The notes: generated by a model from the sequence alone, not told the origin. A stretch of DNA of 64,000 bases from Desulfosudaceae bacterium (GCA_963674745.2 CAXXDV010000001.1:640001-704000), one strand, 5' to 3'; numbered from the stretch's first letter, positions 19,326 to 30,397 are shown. Numbers and translations are program-made.

Positions 19326-20783
19326 TCAGTTGAGCTTTGATATGATATTTTGGAACGCTTGTGTTCCTCTGATATTATCAATATCTTCATCTGTTAGGAG
19401 AAAATCCGTTTTGTTATATCCTTCATCCACAGCTCTGCTTAACCATGCCAATGCTTCATAGCTATTTTGCATCATGGCGAGCATACAGGCAATATTATAG
19501 GAAATGGTCGGATTATCAGGTTCAATTTTTTTAAGCCTGCTGAATGTCTCAAAAGCTGAGGCATAGTCCCCTAACGAGGCGTATACTTCTGCTGTATTAC
19601 ATAAAACATCCTGTTTTGGGCCACTGCTTTCAAAAGCCGCCTTGAAACAAGCGAGGGCTTTATTCAACTTCCCGCTGCTTTTATATAATTTCCCAAGGGA
19701 CAGTAAGTATATCCCATCATTGGGTTTCTCACGCAAGATTTTTTTGTTTTTTGAATCTGCTGGGCAATTATGTCCATTCTTTTTTTAACTGTAGACAGTT
19801 TTGTCGCAGCCTCCTCAAATTTATCATTTGTTTCAAGAGTTTTATTGTAAAAAGCAATGGCTTCTTCCAGTCTGCCCTTGGCTGCCGATATGTTCCCTCT
19901 TAAAAAAAACAACTGTTCGTTTTTTAGATTATCACCAGATGCCAGATTGAAAGACGCTAAAGCCTTTCTATATTTTTTATACGAATAATAAACAGTGCCG
20001 ATAAAAAAATTATTGTTTATTTTTTCATCAGTAACAAAGTAATTCAAATCTATGAGGTCGTTATCGTTGATGGACTTCAACCATGCATCAATATGGCGTG
20101 ATACGACACCGGCGCCGAAAGTATTTACATGATTACCATCTCCGTAGAATTCATCCGGCAGTTCCAGGGTGGACAAATCTATACATTCTACAGCATATTG
20201 TCTGCTTAATTTATTCATATAGTCTTCGTGCATATCGAGAAAACGCCTGGGGATTAGCCTGTAATAAGAAGGATGAACCGGCGTATTTATGAAAACAACC
20301 TCTATTCCGCGTGATTGTAGCAGAACGATAAGCTTGCTTAGATATTTTTCTTGTAATGATGAGAAGTTTTGAACTTCCTCCCCGTTGAAGAACAGCCTTG
20401 AAATCATTGCGCTTGTTGATTGTAAGCTTACTCTAGAGTTATAACTTCTATAAAACCCGCCTAAAAAAGGTATGGTTGATATGTCTTTTGAGAATAATTG
20501 TGAAACTATCCATGGTTCCAAGTAAAACTTACTATGAATCAGTTTGGAGAAAATTACATCGAAATTATATTGCATCAATTCCATATAGGCTTCAAAAGGA
20601 AGGATTGTCTGATAGTAATGAAAACGCTTTTCTATATTTTCGCCGTAAAGGTGTGACTCATACATTAGTGACAGTGCATGATTAGGATATCCGATGAGTA
20701 CTCTTTTAACATCCCTCTGTGCCAATGAAAATGAGACACCTACCCCTTGAAAAATTAGTGTAGTGCGGGTAGGAGTAATCATT
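19326..20783 (-). pseudogene. SGNH-like + TPR protein split by a 1-nt frameshift; N-terminus apparently truncated
   Basis: FYGDGNHVN..GA motif then TPRs in ORF 19664-21067; TPRs continue in ORF 19326-19736 (YNIACM...ALAWL); frames join if the A7 tract at 19739-19745 gains one base; start uncertain. Confidence 0.6.
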
Positions 20784-21236
20784 ATGAAAACAATGCAATT
20801 ATCATTACCAGACGCCAAGGCCACTGGGCCGGTAGGTACGGTGTCAACGGAGGGAGCCCGATTATGGCTACTGGGCTGAATAATCCAAAATTTGCCAACC
20901 GGACGACACAGTAAAGCTGCCTCAAAAATCCCGTGTTTTTCTTTGTTTTCCAATGCCTTGAAAAGTTTTCTGTTCTTTTTATCTTTTTGACAATGTCCTG
21001 TCGAATCCCGCCTGAAAGGCCCATCAACAAGTTTCGCCCTCAGAAATATTGACACACAAGACCGCACTTGCTATAAATGATGACCATAAAAGCACCTTCT
21101 TATCCTTGAAAATTAAGAGGCTACAGAAAGCAGATTACAAAAAAATAAGTAGCAACATTAACACCCAGCACTTTGCACTGCCCAGTTAAAACTTTAACGC
21201 GTTTTATTAACAACAACTTTAGAAGAAAGTCGCCCC

Positions 21237-22589
21237 ATGAAAAGCCTGATCTTTTGCATAGTATTTTTAGCTATCGGTGTCGCTTTAGGCAGCGTATTGT
21301 TTAACGGTTCTGATACTGGGGAAAACTCGGTAGCCCACCAAACGCTTTGGAGTAATCCCTATTCGAACTGGCACAACCCGGCCTATTTGTTGCTTGGTGG
21401 TCAGGGAGCCCATTTTCATACGATTAGCTTCAGCACTAAACCGGACGCCACAATCCCCATTGAAAAGTCGCTACAGATTTTTCGTCATCATCTCTGGGGG
21501 GGTGAGTGGTTCCAGAGAGGCGTTACTACTGGCGGCTATGAAAACACCAACCAGGGCTACGAATTTGTCATAGTTGGCGCTCACAACCATCGGCGTACCG
21601 AAGACCAGTACAAAAAACTACTTGAATACACGGAACAAATTGCTCCGGCTTATGGTTATACCTCCGTAATCCGGGCGGCGGAGGTCTACCCACCCCATGA
21701 GGGCATGATCTGGAACGGGCTATGCAGAGACGAAAACAGCCAGCTAGCCACCTTTGTCACTAATAATAAAGTGGATTTTGTCAAAAAAGTCGTGGCCGCA
21801 GAAACCCCCGAGCACCACTCTCTGGCGGTAATTCTTCACCCCCAGGGCGGCGGTGCAGACGGTAGAAATTCCCAAAAAAGCGTTCTGGAAATGGCCAAGG
21901 CCGGGGCTGAAATGATTGAAATCTTCAACGGTTTATGGGAAACAGGAGATGACTTGTGCGTCAATGATCACTTTCGTACCGGATCAACTAATATAGAAAG
22001 GGCCCCGGCCGATGGCAATGCCGAAGACTACTGGGATATTCTTCTTACTTTGGGCCATAAAATTTGGGGAGAGGGTTGTGATGATTTCCATGGTTTCAGA
22101 AAGGGTGTTGATCCTGACTACCCAGCCCATGCTTATGGTGGTAATTATGTCTGGATGGAAGTTTTGGCACCCAAGAATCCCTCGCCGGAAGAAATCGTTC
22201 GACAACTGGAGAATGGCGCTTTTTACGTCACCCAAGGGGTGCAAATCAAAGATATCCGAGTTGAAAACGACACTATCACGATTGTCGGTGATGAAACCGT
22301 AGACTTTATTGAGGCCATCGGTAGTGTCGGCGGCGAAACAGCACTAAAACAGCTCAATCAAGGAAATGGTGATACCGGAACATTGCTTAAAAAGGAGATA
22401 GGAAATACCATTCATTATCAGGCGGACAGCACCACGCCTTATGATAATATCTACGTTAGATTCAGGCTGGTCAATACGGACTACGATGAAGCCTATTATT
22501 ATGATGAGCATAGAGACGGAGGCGGAGATGTCTATGCCTGGACTCAGCCCTTTTTCTTTCATTCGAAAACCCTGGACCACCAAGAATAG
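21237..22589 (+). CDS. Exported PHP-like metallohydrolase (CehA/McbA-like)
   Basis: N-terminal signal/TM, HFHT, LHP, EIFNG, CDDFH, GAFYVTQG, YVRF...AWTQP. Confidence 0.75.
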   Translation: MKSLIFCIVFLAIGVALGSVLFNGSDTGENSVAHQTLWSNPYSNWHNPAYLLLGGQGAHFHTISFSTKPDATIPIEKSLQIFRHHLWGGEWFQRGVTTGGYENTNQGYEFVIVGAHNHRRTEDQYKKLLEYTEQIAPAYGYTSVIRAAEVYPPHEGMIWNGLCRDENSQLATFVTNNKVDFVKKVVAAETPEHHSLAVILHPQGGGADGRNSQKSVLEMAKAGAEMIEIFNGLWETGDDLCVNDHFRTGSTNIERAPADGNAEDYWDILLTLGHKIWGEGCDDFHGFRKGVDPDYPAHAYGGNYVWMEVLAPKNPSPEEIVRQLENGAFYVTQGVQIKDIRVENDTITIVGDETVDFIEAIGSVGGETALKQLNQGNGDTGTLLKKEIGNTIHYQADSTTPYDNIYVRFRLVNTDYDEAYYYDEHRDGGGDVYAWTQPFFFHSKTLDHQE

Positions 22590-22900
22590 CGCTTTAAAGA
22601 GCTAAAATTCTTGCCAGTCTCTCTTCTACTGTTTACTCTTTTTTATCCATGGACTGCTGAGGAGAGCTTTTTAAAATTCTTTTCTATAGATACACGTGGA
22701 TGATACTCACATTTAAGGTCTCTTCCACCGTCCCCCTGACAACCTTATACAGGTGTTTCTTTAACTGCCCCTGCTCGATCTTAATTATCTAACCTGATTT
22801 CAAATCTTTACTTCCCGCACACCTTTTGCTATCCTGCATTTGTAGCTCTCCTTCTGTTTTGTGGCTGAGTCTTGGTCTACCCAACCCTTACCAGATCGGG

Positions 22901-23224
22901 GGCTACTTCTTCATCAAAAAATGTGCGAAAAATATTGTACGTTATCGCAAATATGGGACTATCGAAAAAGGGGCTGGATGAAGGGTATGCTCCGGCCAGA
23001 ACGGTGAGCCACAGGCCAGCAAAGAAATCTGCCGACATGCTTAAAAGGCACGCTTACGGGAACCTGAAACATTGCGATTATCCGATTCATACCAGTAAAA
23101 GAGAATGTGTTAACAATAAAATTAAGGCCATAATACGAAAACCCTGTGGATTTCATGACGATAGACACTTTATATTAAAGGTCGTCATACAGGCCTTTAC
23201 CTCCCACTGATAGGGAGAAAAACC
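22901..23224 (+). mobile_element. ISL3-family transposase remnant (C-terminus and probable right end)
   Basis: HCDYPIHT..RECVNNKIKAIIRK..GFHD..HF.LK matches ISL3 transposase C-termini; GGAGAAAAACC end at 23224; left limit uncertain. Confidence 0.7.
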
Positions 23225-23234
23225 ATATTTTGTT

Positions 23235-24233
23235 ATGAAACATAGTTTTAATGATCCGAAATGGTTCAATTCAATTGTTTTAAGGGTCGTTATATTTAAT
23301 ATAATAATCCTTTTTGTAATACTATTGATCGCTGAAGGACTTTTTAGAATACTAAACATCCCCTTCGATCCAATAGAAACACCTTCAGAATATACAATCG
23401 CTCAATTCGATAAAACACTCGGATGGTCGTATATTCCGAATAAAACAGAAACACAGACATTCGGATTAAATGAAAAACCTGTTGTCATGTGTTTTGACGA
23501 AAATGGTTTCAGGGTCGCTTCACCCAATCATATCCTTTCTAAGGAAGAGCCTTCGATTCTATTCGTGGGGTGTTCTTTCACCATGGGACACGGCGTATCC
23601 TTTGAAGAAAGTTTCCCTGGGAAATTTGGTCTATACCCAGAAGTCAAATATCAAATTATTAACGCAGGTGTTCAAGCGTATGGAACTGATCAATCTTATT
23701 TGATGTTGTCTAAAATATGTAATGCTTTCAATATAAAATACGTCGTCTATACGTTTATCCCCGGGCACTTAAGACGCAATATTAATTACGACAGACGGTT
23801 GCTTTACCCCAAAACTAAATTTTTAGGGACAAAACCTCTTTTTAAAATCAATAATCATGGAGATCTAGTATTATCGAAAAAGCCAATTCGCTATGAAAAT
23901 TATATACATTCTTATTTTTTTGATTTTTTGAAAATAAGGATTATCAATAAGTCTCACTTATTTGATATGTATTCACTCGATTTAACTGATAGAATTATTC
24001 ACAGAATGGATGATTTCTGTAAAAAGAATGATGCGCGTTTTATTCTTTTAAATTGGGGTGGAGAAAAATATTTCAATTATAACGATATTCCGACAATTCA
24101 TGTTTATAATAGAAATTTACCATCAAGCTGGTATTCCATGATTATTCCTGGTGACGGACATCCTGATAAAAAGGCCCATGAATATATAGCCCGATTACTT
24201 CTTAACTTTTTTTTAAAGAATAATTTTTTGTAA
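23235..24233 (+). CDS. Membrane-anchored SGNH/GDSL-family protein (AT-rich)
   Basis: N-terminal TM, GCSFTMG, NAGVQAYGTDQ, DGHP. Confidence 0.8.
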   Translation: MKHSFNDPKWFNSIVLRVVIFNIIILFVILLIAEGLFRILNIPFDPIETPSEYTIAQFDKTLGWSYIPNKTETQTFGLNEKPVVMCFDENGFRVASPNHILSKEEPSILFVGCSFTMGHGVSFEESFPGKFGLYPEVKYQIINAGVQAYGTDQSYLMLSKICNAFNIKYVVYTFIPGHLRRNINYDRRLLYPKTKFLGTKPLFKINNHGDLVLSKKPIRYENYIHSYFFDFLKIRIINKSHLFDMYSLDLTDRIIHRMDDFCKKNDARFILLNWGGEKYFNYNDIPTIHVYNRNLPSSWYSMIIPGDGHPDKKAHEYIARLLLNFFLKNNFL

Positions 24234-24435
24234 TGTATTCTTTGAAAGGCAGATTGGATTTTGACCCGGATGATCCCCTGTGCTTCTGCCTTAGACAATA
24301 AAAATCCAGCCCTAAAACAGGAAACCCTCTTTTTGCAAGAGGGGTGTCAGATTAAACCGAAACGACCAAACATTAAGTGAGTGTATCAAGAAGGCCTGAA
24401 GTGTGTCCCGGATTTAATCCGTAACAACATCCGTA

Positions 24436-25233
24436 TTAGACCCCGAGATTTGAAACAGATTCTTCCGTAAGGCCGTAATCCGCTTCCGCCGGGATGCAGA
24501 GGACCGGGCCGTCAGGGCGTTGTTCCACCCTGGGCAGTACCGTGACCACAGGATTCTGTCTGCAATATCTGCGTGCGGCATCAAGATTTTTGAACCGGCT
24601 CATTTTGGTGATGTTCATGCGAGTGGGAAACATCACCGTGAATTTACCTTCAGCGGCTACGGAAATAACCTTTTCCGGTGTAAGCCACAGGGAATCCACG
24701 GATTCACATCCGTCATGGCAGCCGGTATGACCTGCGGGCGCATCGGCAATGAAGAACCAGGTATCAAACCGTTTGGGCATGACCCCTGGGGTGATCCAGT
24801 GGGCAAACGGCGTCAAGCAGTCACAGGCGGGATACAGGTCTTCTTTTTCAAGCATCTGGCTGAATTTCAACTCATTGGCGCATAGCGCCCGGCGCTTGTC
24901 CTCCAGGCCTGCCAGGCGGTCGGATGAAACGATCTTCGCGTCGCCGCGATCCCTGGCCAGCAGGATGCCGCTCTCTTCATACACCTCCCGGATGGCCGCC
25001 ACATAAAAGCCGATATCCGGCTCCGGCCTGCGATTCACCATAAGGCACCGTCGGACAACACCGGGCATGGCGTCGTCCGCCTCCACCTTGCCTCCGGGAA
25101 AGACAAGCGCGCCGGCGGCAAAGTCAATCTGCCGGTTCCGCTTGACCATGAAGATTTCAATATCGTCCCCGCTATCCCTTCCCAGAATGATCGTCGCCGA
25201 AGGAATCGTACCTTTTATACCTGTTTCGCTCAT
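24436..25233 (-). CDS. NUDIX hydrolase (NUDT19-like)
   Basis: VFPGGKVE, AAIREVYEESG, HWITP...KRFDTWFF. Confidence 0.9.
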   Translation of the reverse strand: MSETGIKGTIPSATIILGRDSGDDIEIFMVKRNRQIDFAAGALVFPGGKVEADDAMPGVVRRCLMVNRRPEPDIGFYVAAIREVYEESGILLARDRGDAKIVSSDRLAGLEDKRRALCANELKFSQMLEKEDLYPACDCLTPFAHWITPGVMPKRFDTWFFIADAPAGHTGCHDGCESVDSLWLTPEKVISVAAEGKFTVMFPTRMNITKMSRFKNLDAARRYCRQNPVVTVLPRVEQRPDGPVLCIPAEADYGLTEESVSNLGV

Positions 25234-25349
25234 ATCCTTTTCATATCACCCGCCGGTCATTTATGCCATATCAAAGTAAAGAGCGTTTGACACAGAACCG
25301 CCGGTCCGGTTAAAAATACCAGAAACATAAAATTGACAAAGGTACAAGT

Positions 25350-26429
25350 ATGCGGACCGGCATCGCCAACCTTCCCCTGCACGGCGGCAAAGCGCCGAGA
25401 TGGCTCTTTGTCCGCATGCAGAAGCTTGCCCGGGAAATCGTCAAATTCATTACCTATGAATCCGGCCCGGAGGAAGTGCTGAACAAACTCTCCGACCCGT
25501 TCTGGTTTCAATGCTTCGGGTGCGTGCTCGGTTTTGACTGGCACTCCAGCGGCGTGACCACAACCGTATGCGGGGCCGTTAAAGAAGGTATTAAAGGCAT
25601 GGAAACCGAGCTGGGTTTTTTTGCCGCCGGCGGCAAAGGGGCGACATCGCGCAAAACACCGGGAGAAATTCAGAACTGGGCGGAAAAAATATCTTCGATC
25701 GCCCATGACGATCTTGTCTATGCCAGCCGCATGTCGGCCAAGGTCGACTCGGCAGCGGTACAGGACGGTTACCAGCTTTATCATCATGGTTTTTTCTTTA
25801 CCAAAAACAATAAATGGTGCGTCGTCCAGCAGGGCATGAATGATCGGAATCACTACGCACGCCGCTATCACTGGCTTGGTGATAATGTACAGAGTTTTGT
25901 TATCGAACCGCATGCGGCCGTGTGTGCCCAGGAAAAAGCAGCCACCCTTAACCTGATCGCAAACGAAAGCGATCAGTGCCGGGACGTCTCCTGCCGGATA
26001 TCCCGGGAGAAACCGGAAAAACTGCTGTCGGAACTCAATAAAATACTGACGCTGGACATGACCGCCGATCACTGGATCAACCCCAAAAGAGATATTAATC
26101 CAAAATATCTTGAAAAAACATTATTAAAAACCTACGAGGGCCAGCCGGAGAATTTTGCCGGCTTGCTGGGGCTTCAAGGCGTGGGGCCGAAAACCATCAG
26201 GGCCTTATCGCTGATATCCGATATCGTATACGGCGCCAGGCCCAGCTTCCGCGATCCGGCCCGTTACTCATTCGCCCACGGTGGCAAAGATGGAACACCC
26301 TATCCCGTGGACCGGGAAAGCTACGACTTATCCATTCAAGTCCTGAACAAGGCCCTGGACAAAGGCAAAATCGATTACACGGAAAAAGTCAAAGCCTTCA
26401 AGCGCCTGGCGGCTTTTCAAAAGGAATAG
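25350..26429 (+). CDS. DUF763 family protein
   Basis: LPLHGGKAP.WL, DWHSSG.TT, SFAHGGKDG.PYPV. Confidence 0.9.
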   Translation: MRTGIANLPLHGGKAPRWLFVRMQKLAREIVKFITYESGPEEVLNKLSDPFWFQCFGCVLGFDWHSSGVTTTVCGAVKEGIKGMETELGFFAAGGKGATSRKTPGEIQNWAEKISSIAHDDLVYASRMSAKVDSAAVQDGYQLYHHGFFFTKNNKWCVVQQGMNDRNHYARRYHWLGDNVQSFVIEPHAAVCAQEKAATLNLIANESDQCRDVSCRISREKPEKLLSELNKILTLDMTADHWINPKRDINPKYLEKTLLKTYEGQPENFAGLLGLQGVGPKTIRALSLISDIVYGARPSFRDPARYSFAHGGKDGTPYPVDRESYDLSIQVLNKALDKGKIDYTEKVKAFKRLAAFQKE

Positions 26430-26433
26430 ACCG

Positions 26434-27621
26434 TCAGTCGGTCAGTGTGCCCCGTTTAACGGCGTTTTTACCGAATTTTTCAGCAATGGCCGAAACCGAG
26501 CGGTCCACTTTTTCCCAACGGCTGTCGCGCTGCCTGTCGACATCGAACAATTCCATCTGTACGCCGGTGGTTTTGAAAACAAGTCCGGCCGCGCCAACGC
26601 CGATCAACCGCACCTTTTGAGCAAGGCCCCGGTTTTCCAAAAGCATTACAGCATGACGGTAGATGGCGTCAGACGACTGAACCGGGGGATCAAGCGTCTG
26701 TTGGCGACTGGTTTCCGAAAAATCGGCATACTTGACCTTGATGTACACCACCCGGGCCTTTGCCCCGAGTTTCTGAAGCTGCCGGCAAACGTCACCGGCC
26801 TGACGCAACAGGTGCTGCTCGAGAACCGCCATATCGGCCGTGTCCCGGGACAGGGTCGTTTCCGTGCTGACCGATTTTGTCTGGCCGGTCGTGATGACCG
26901 GATCATCGTCACGACCCCGGGACAGCCATGTCAGCCGCCGGCCGAACTTGCCGAGCTTTTTCAGCAGCATGTCTTCAGGATATCGGGCCACATCGCCCAG
27001 CGTTTCAATGCCCAGCAAGGATAACCGCTGGCGGGTAACCCGCCCCACTCCCGGTACCTTGTGCACCGGAAGCGTCTCGATGAAACCGGACACCGCCTCA
27101 TGTGGAATAATGGTCAGGCCGTCCGGCTTGTTCATGTCCGAGGCGATCTTGGCCAGAAATTTCAGGGGCGCGCCACCCACCGAACAGGTCAGGCCGATGG
27201 ATTCGAAAATCTTTTTCTTGATAGTCTTCGCGATCTCTTCCGGCGTCCCATGCAACCGCCGACACCCGGCAATATCAACATAAGCCTCGTCGATAGAAAC
27301 CTGCTCGACCAGCGGCGAAACAGTCGTCAGGATTTCCATGACACGCGTGGAGACTTCTTTGTATCGTTCCTTGCGGGGCGGGGTTATGACAGCCGAAGGG
27401 CAGAGTTGCCTGGCCCGCACCATGGACATGGCCGAATGCACGCCAAAGGCCCGCGCCTCGTAGCTCGCGGCCGCCACGACTCCCCGGTCGGAGTCACCGC
27501 CCACCAGCACGCATTTTCCCTTGAGGTCGGGATTGTCAAGCTGCTCAATCGACGCGAAAAAAGCGTCCATATCAATGTGCAGAATCATGGTCCTGTCCGG
27601 ATCAATGTCATTTTCCATCAT
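26434..27621 (-). CDS. dinB: DNA polymerase IV
   Basis: HIDMDAFFASIE, SYEAR.FGV.SAM, SIDEAY, AKIASD..KPDG. Confidence 0.95.
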   Translation of the reverse strand: MMENDIDPDRTMILHIDMDAFFASIEQLDNPDLKGKCVLVGGDSDRGVVAAASYEARAFGVHSAMSMVRARQLCPSAVITPPRKERYKEVSTRVMEILTTVSPLVEQVSIDEAYVDIAGCRRLHGTPEEIAKTIKKKIFESIGLTCSVGGAPLKFLAKIASDMNKPDGLTIIPHEAVSGFIETLPVHKVPGVGRVTRQRLSLLGIETLGDVARYPEDMLLKKLGKFGRRLTWLSRGRDDDPVITTGQTKSVSTETTLSRDTADMAVLEQHLLRQAGDVCRQLQKLGAKARVVYIKVKYADFSETSRQQTLDPPVQSSDAIYRHAVMLLENRGLAQKVRLIGVGAAGLVFKTTGVQMELFDVDRQRDSRWEKVDRSVSAIAEKFGKNAVKRGTLTD

Positions 27622-27742
27622 AACGCGATTGTCTGTTCACATTATACAGGCGAATCAGCCGGTCATAAATCCCTTTTTTATTGCTTGTAAACCTTATTTA
27701 TAATAAATAAATTCAAGGGGTAAATAATACAAAGGAGAGATT

Positions 27743-28126
27743 ATGTCGCTGACGGTAACCACTTCAAAAATGGCAAAAGGCGTTTTTGTGATTAAACCCG
27801 AGGGTTCCATAAACACGGACACTTACGATGTTCTTGAAAAAGAGACGCAAAAAGTGCTGAAAAAAGGCCCGCAAAAAATCATCCTGGACATGGTGGGCGT
27901 AGAATATATCAGCAGCATGGGGCTCCGGGTGGTCCTGTCAACATTGAAGGCCCTTAAAAATGAAAATGGTGAACTTGCGCTGGTAAACCTTCAGCCGCAA
28001 ATACAAAAGGTGTTTGACATCGTTAACGCCATGCCGTCCATGAGAATATTCGAAAGCATGGAAGAGATGGACAGGTATCTTGATGCCATGCAGAAAAAAG
28101 CGCTGGCCGGAGAGGACGAGGAATGA
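27743..28126 (+). CDS. STAS-domain anti-sigma factor antagonist
   Basis: LDM.GVEYISSMGLRV motif; AAGGAG RBS. Confidence 0.9.
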   Translation: MSLTVTTSKMAKGVFVIKPEGSINTDTYDVLEKETQKVLKKGPQKIILDMVGVEYISSMGLRVVLSTLKALKNENGELALVNLQPQIQKVFDIVNAMPSMRIFESMEEMDRYLDAMQKKALAGEDEE

Positions 28127-28638
28127 CGCTTCAGGCCGCCTTGGCCGATTTGGCGGATTTGCTGGCCGATAAGCCCGGCATGTCCGGCTCGGAAGTCCTG
28201 TCCAGGGGCCGGGAACTGCTGACCTGGAAAACGTCACAGCAATTAGACGGCATTTTCAAAACGCCGCCGACCCTGATGACCGCGACCCTGGACGACGGTA
28301 TCGGGCAGGGGCTGAAATCAATTCACTGCTTTGCCGAACTGGCCGGCATGAAGACCGTTCCCCTTGGACTGATGCAGGCGCCGGAAACCATCATTGCTGA
28401 ATGCCGTCGACAGGTGCCCGACTTTCTCGGTTTGACGGTGCTGCACTATGAAACTGAAGAACGGCTCTGCAGCGACATTATCCCGCAACTTCCGGATTCC
28501 GTGCAGGTTATTGCGGGCGGCCCTATTTTCGCCACCATGAGTGAAGCGGTTTTGGCGGCAAAGCCCTACCGCGTTTTGAACAACATCAAGGTATTTTTGA
28601 ACTTTCTGCTGGACATGAATGATAACCGTGGTCTTTAG
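28123..28638 (+). CDS. Cobalamin-binding-fold protein (degenerate)
   Basis: LAGM...LG....E.II......PD.LGLTV...VIAGG pattern; ATGA overlap with STAS gene. Confidence 0.6.
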   Translation: MTLQAALADLADLLADKPGMSGSEVLSRGRELLTWKTSQQLDGIFKTPPTLMTATLDDGIGQGLKSIHCFAELAGMKTVPLGLMQAPETIIAECRRQVPDFLGLTVLHYETEERLCSDIIPQLPDSVQVIAGGPIFATMSEAVLAAKPYRVLNNIKVFLNFLLDMNDNRGL

Positions 28639-30260
28639 TCCAGACCGGCCAGCACTTTTTCGGCGGCGAAAATACCGGACATGATGACCGCCGACTGACC
28701 GCCGCAGGGAAAGGTCCAGGCCCCGGCCAGATAAAGGTTGTCAATCGGTGTCTTTTGGGGCAGCCGTTTGAACATGCTCTGTTCCGGAGTATTAGCCCAG
28801 CCGAGAATCGCCCCCTTGGGGTTAAGGGTATAATGCTCCATGGTACGCGGTGAGCCTACTTCCATGACCTCGATATGCCGGCTCAGCTCGGGCAGGAACT
28901 TTTCCGCCCGCCTGACCAGCTGCATGCCCACCTCGTTTTTCAATTGCCGGTATTGCTCATACCCCTTGTCTTCGTACCAGCCCGCCTTCCAATCATAGGG
29001 CATGATCGTAGTCAGGCAGATAACATTTTTTCCGGCCGGCGCACAGGTGGGATCGACCAATGTATAATTGGCGATGACATAAGGGATATCCTCCACATTC
29101 GCATCCACCGACCGGATAGCACCGAAATCCGCGTTTCGGCTGCCGTCTCCGGCCAGGTTGACGAATATTTCATGGGAATCGCTGAAACGATCGTTGTACT
29201 CACGGTCCACCCCGAGATACACCATCAGGGCGGAAGCGCCGATCTCCATACCTTCCACAGCGGCCGCATAATCCTCGGGCAGATGTTTACGACCGACCAG
29301 CTTGAACAGGGTGGCCGGCGCGTTGGCGTTTGAAATCACGTATCGGCTGCTGTATGCACGGCCGTCATCTGTCACGACACCGGTGGCGACACCGTCCTCA
29401 ACAATGATCCGGGTGACCCGGGTTGACAGCAGGATATCGCCGCCGTTTTCCCGGATAACTTCGGCCAGGGCGTCGGAAACAGCCTGGGACCCGCCTTCAA
29501 GATAATAATAACCGTGCCGGTGATAGCTGTTCCACATGGCCGCGAAAACCGGTGCCGAGATATTGTCGGGACCGTCACCGAGAAATCCGGCCAGTTGGGT
29601 AAAGACCTGGATCAGTCGTTCATCCTGGATATACCGCCTGATCATCTGCCCGGCCGTGGCGTTCCAGTTCCGCAGCAGGGTGGCAAGGCACAAGGGGTGC
29701 CGTACACCGCCCCACAAGCCGCTTAAAATATCGCCCTGCGTAAAATCCATGCCCGAGGACATAATTGTATATATTCTCTTGAATGCGGCAAACAGATCAT
29801 TGATGCCTTGGGCTTCTTCCGGAAACCGTTCCCTTAATTGTTGGGCATAGTCATCCACATCGGCCGGAATGTCCATCACCAGGTCTGAGTATACGGTCCG
29901 GTACATGGGGTCCAGCTTGACCGGTTGAAGCTTGTCATAAATGCCGAGCTGGTGAAAAAAGCCGTACGTCAGGCCGCCGGGATCAAGACCGTCAATGGCA
30001 TGCAGCGACACTTCAAAACGATAGTCGTCGCGTTCAAAGCATGTCATATAACCGCCCGGACGGTGGTGCTGCTCAATTACCAGGACTCGCTTACCCGCCG
30101 CCGCCAGCCTGGCCGCGGCCCCGAGTCCGCCCCCGCCGGCACCGACGACAATGGCATCATACGGCGCTTCTTTGCCGGTCGTATCCTTCACCTTCGCGCT
30201 GGAACAGGAAAACACCAAAAGTCCGGTTACGATTACCGCCAGCATGATTTTTGTTTTCAT
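28635..30260 (-). CDS. CrtI/phytoene desaturase (retinol saturase-like) family FAD oxidoreductase with lipoprotein-type signal
   Basis: LVFS-C lipobox-like signal, VVGAGGGGL...EQHHRPGG, SPRT...YT.NP.GAI.G, NLYLAGAWTFP.GG. Confidence 0.85.
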   Translation of the reverse strand: MKTKIMLAVIVTGLLVFSCSSAKVKDTTGKEAPYDAIVVGAGGGGLGAAARLAAAGKRVLVIEQHHRPGGYMTCFERDDYRFEVSLHAIDGLDPGGLTYGFFHQLGIYDKLQPVKLDPMYRTVYSDLVMDIPADVDDYAQQLRERFPEEAQGINDLFAAFKRIYTIMSSGMDFTQGDILSGLWGGVRHPLCLATLLRNWNATAGQMIRRYIQDERLIQVFTQLAGFLGDGPDNISAPVFAAMWNSYHRHGYYYLEGGSQAVSDALAEVIRENGGDILLSTRVTRIIVEDGVATGVVTDDGRAYSSRYVISNANAPATLFKLVGRKHLPEDYAAAVEGMEIGASALMVYLGVDREYNDRFSDSHEIFVNLAGDGSRNADFGAIRSVDANVEDIPYVIANYTLVDPTCAPAGKNVICLTTIMPYDWKAGWYEDKGYEQYRQLKNEVGMQLVRRAEKFLPELSRHIEVMEVGSPRTMEHYTLNPKGAILGWANTPEQSMFKRLPQKTPIDNLYLAGAWTFPCGGQSAVIMSGIFAAEKVLAGLD

Positions 30261-30397
30261 CTCTCCCCCCGTTTTATCTTTTAAAAATATTGTTTAACTG
30301 AACATTTTATGAAATTGATTGATAAGTTATTGTTTATGAGCATATTTTATTTTTTCAATCCATGCAAACCCGTGACTGAAAAACTGGAGGCTGAATA

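Noticed and set aside
20790..21067. Possible IS end or N-terminal part of ORF 19664-21067
   Set aside because: Translation does not look protein-like and I could not identify terminal repeats or transposase similarity.
27633..27649. E. coli-type SOS box upstream of dinB
   Set aside because: CTGT-N9-ACAG has the wrong spacing (N8 expected); better explained by a TATAAT -10 element on the minus strand.
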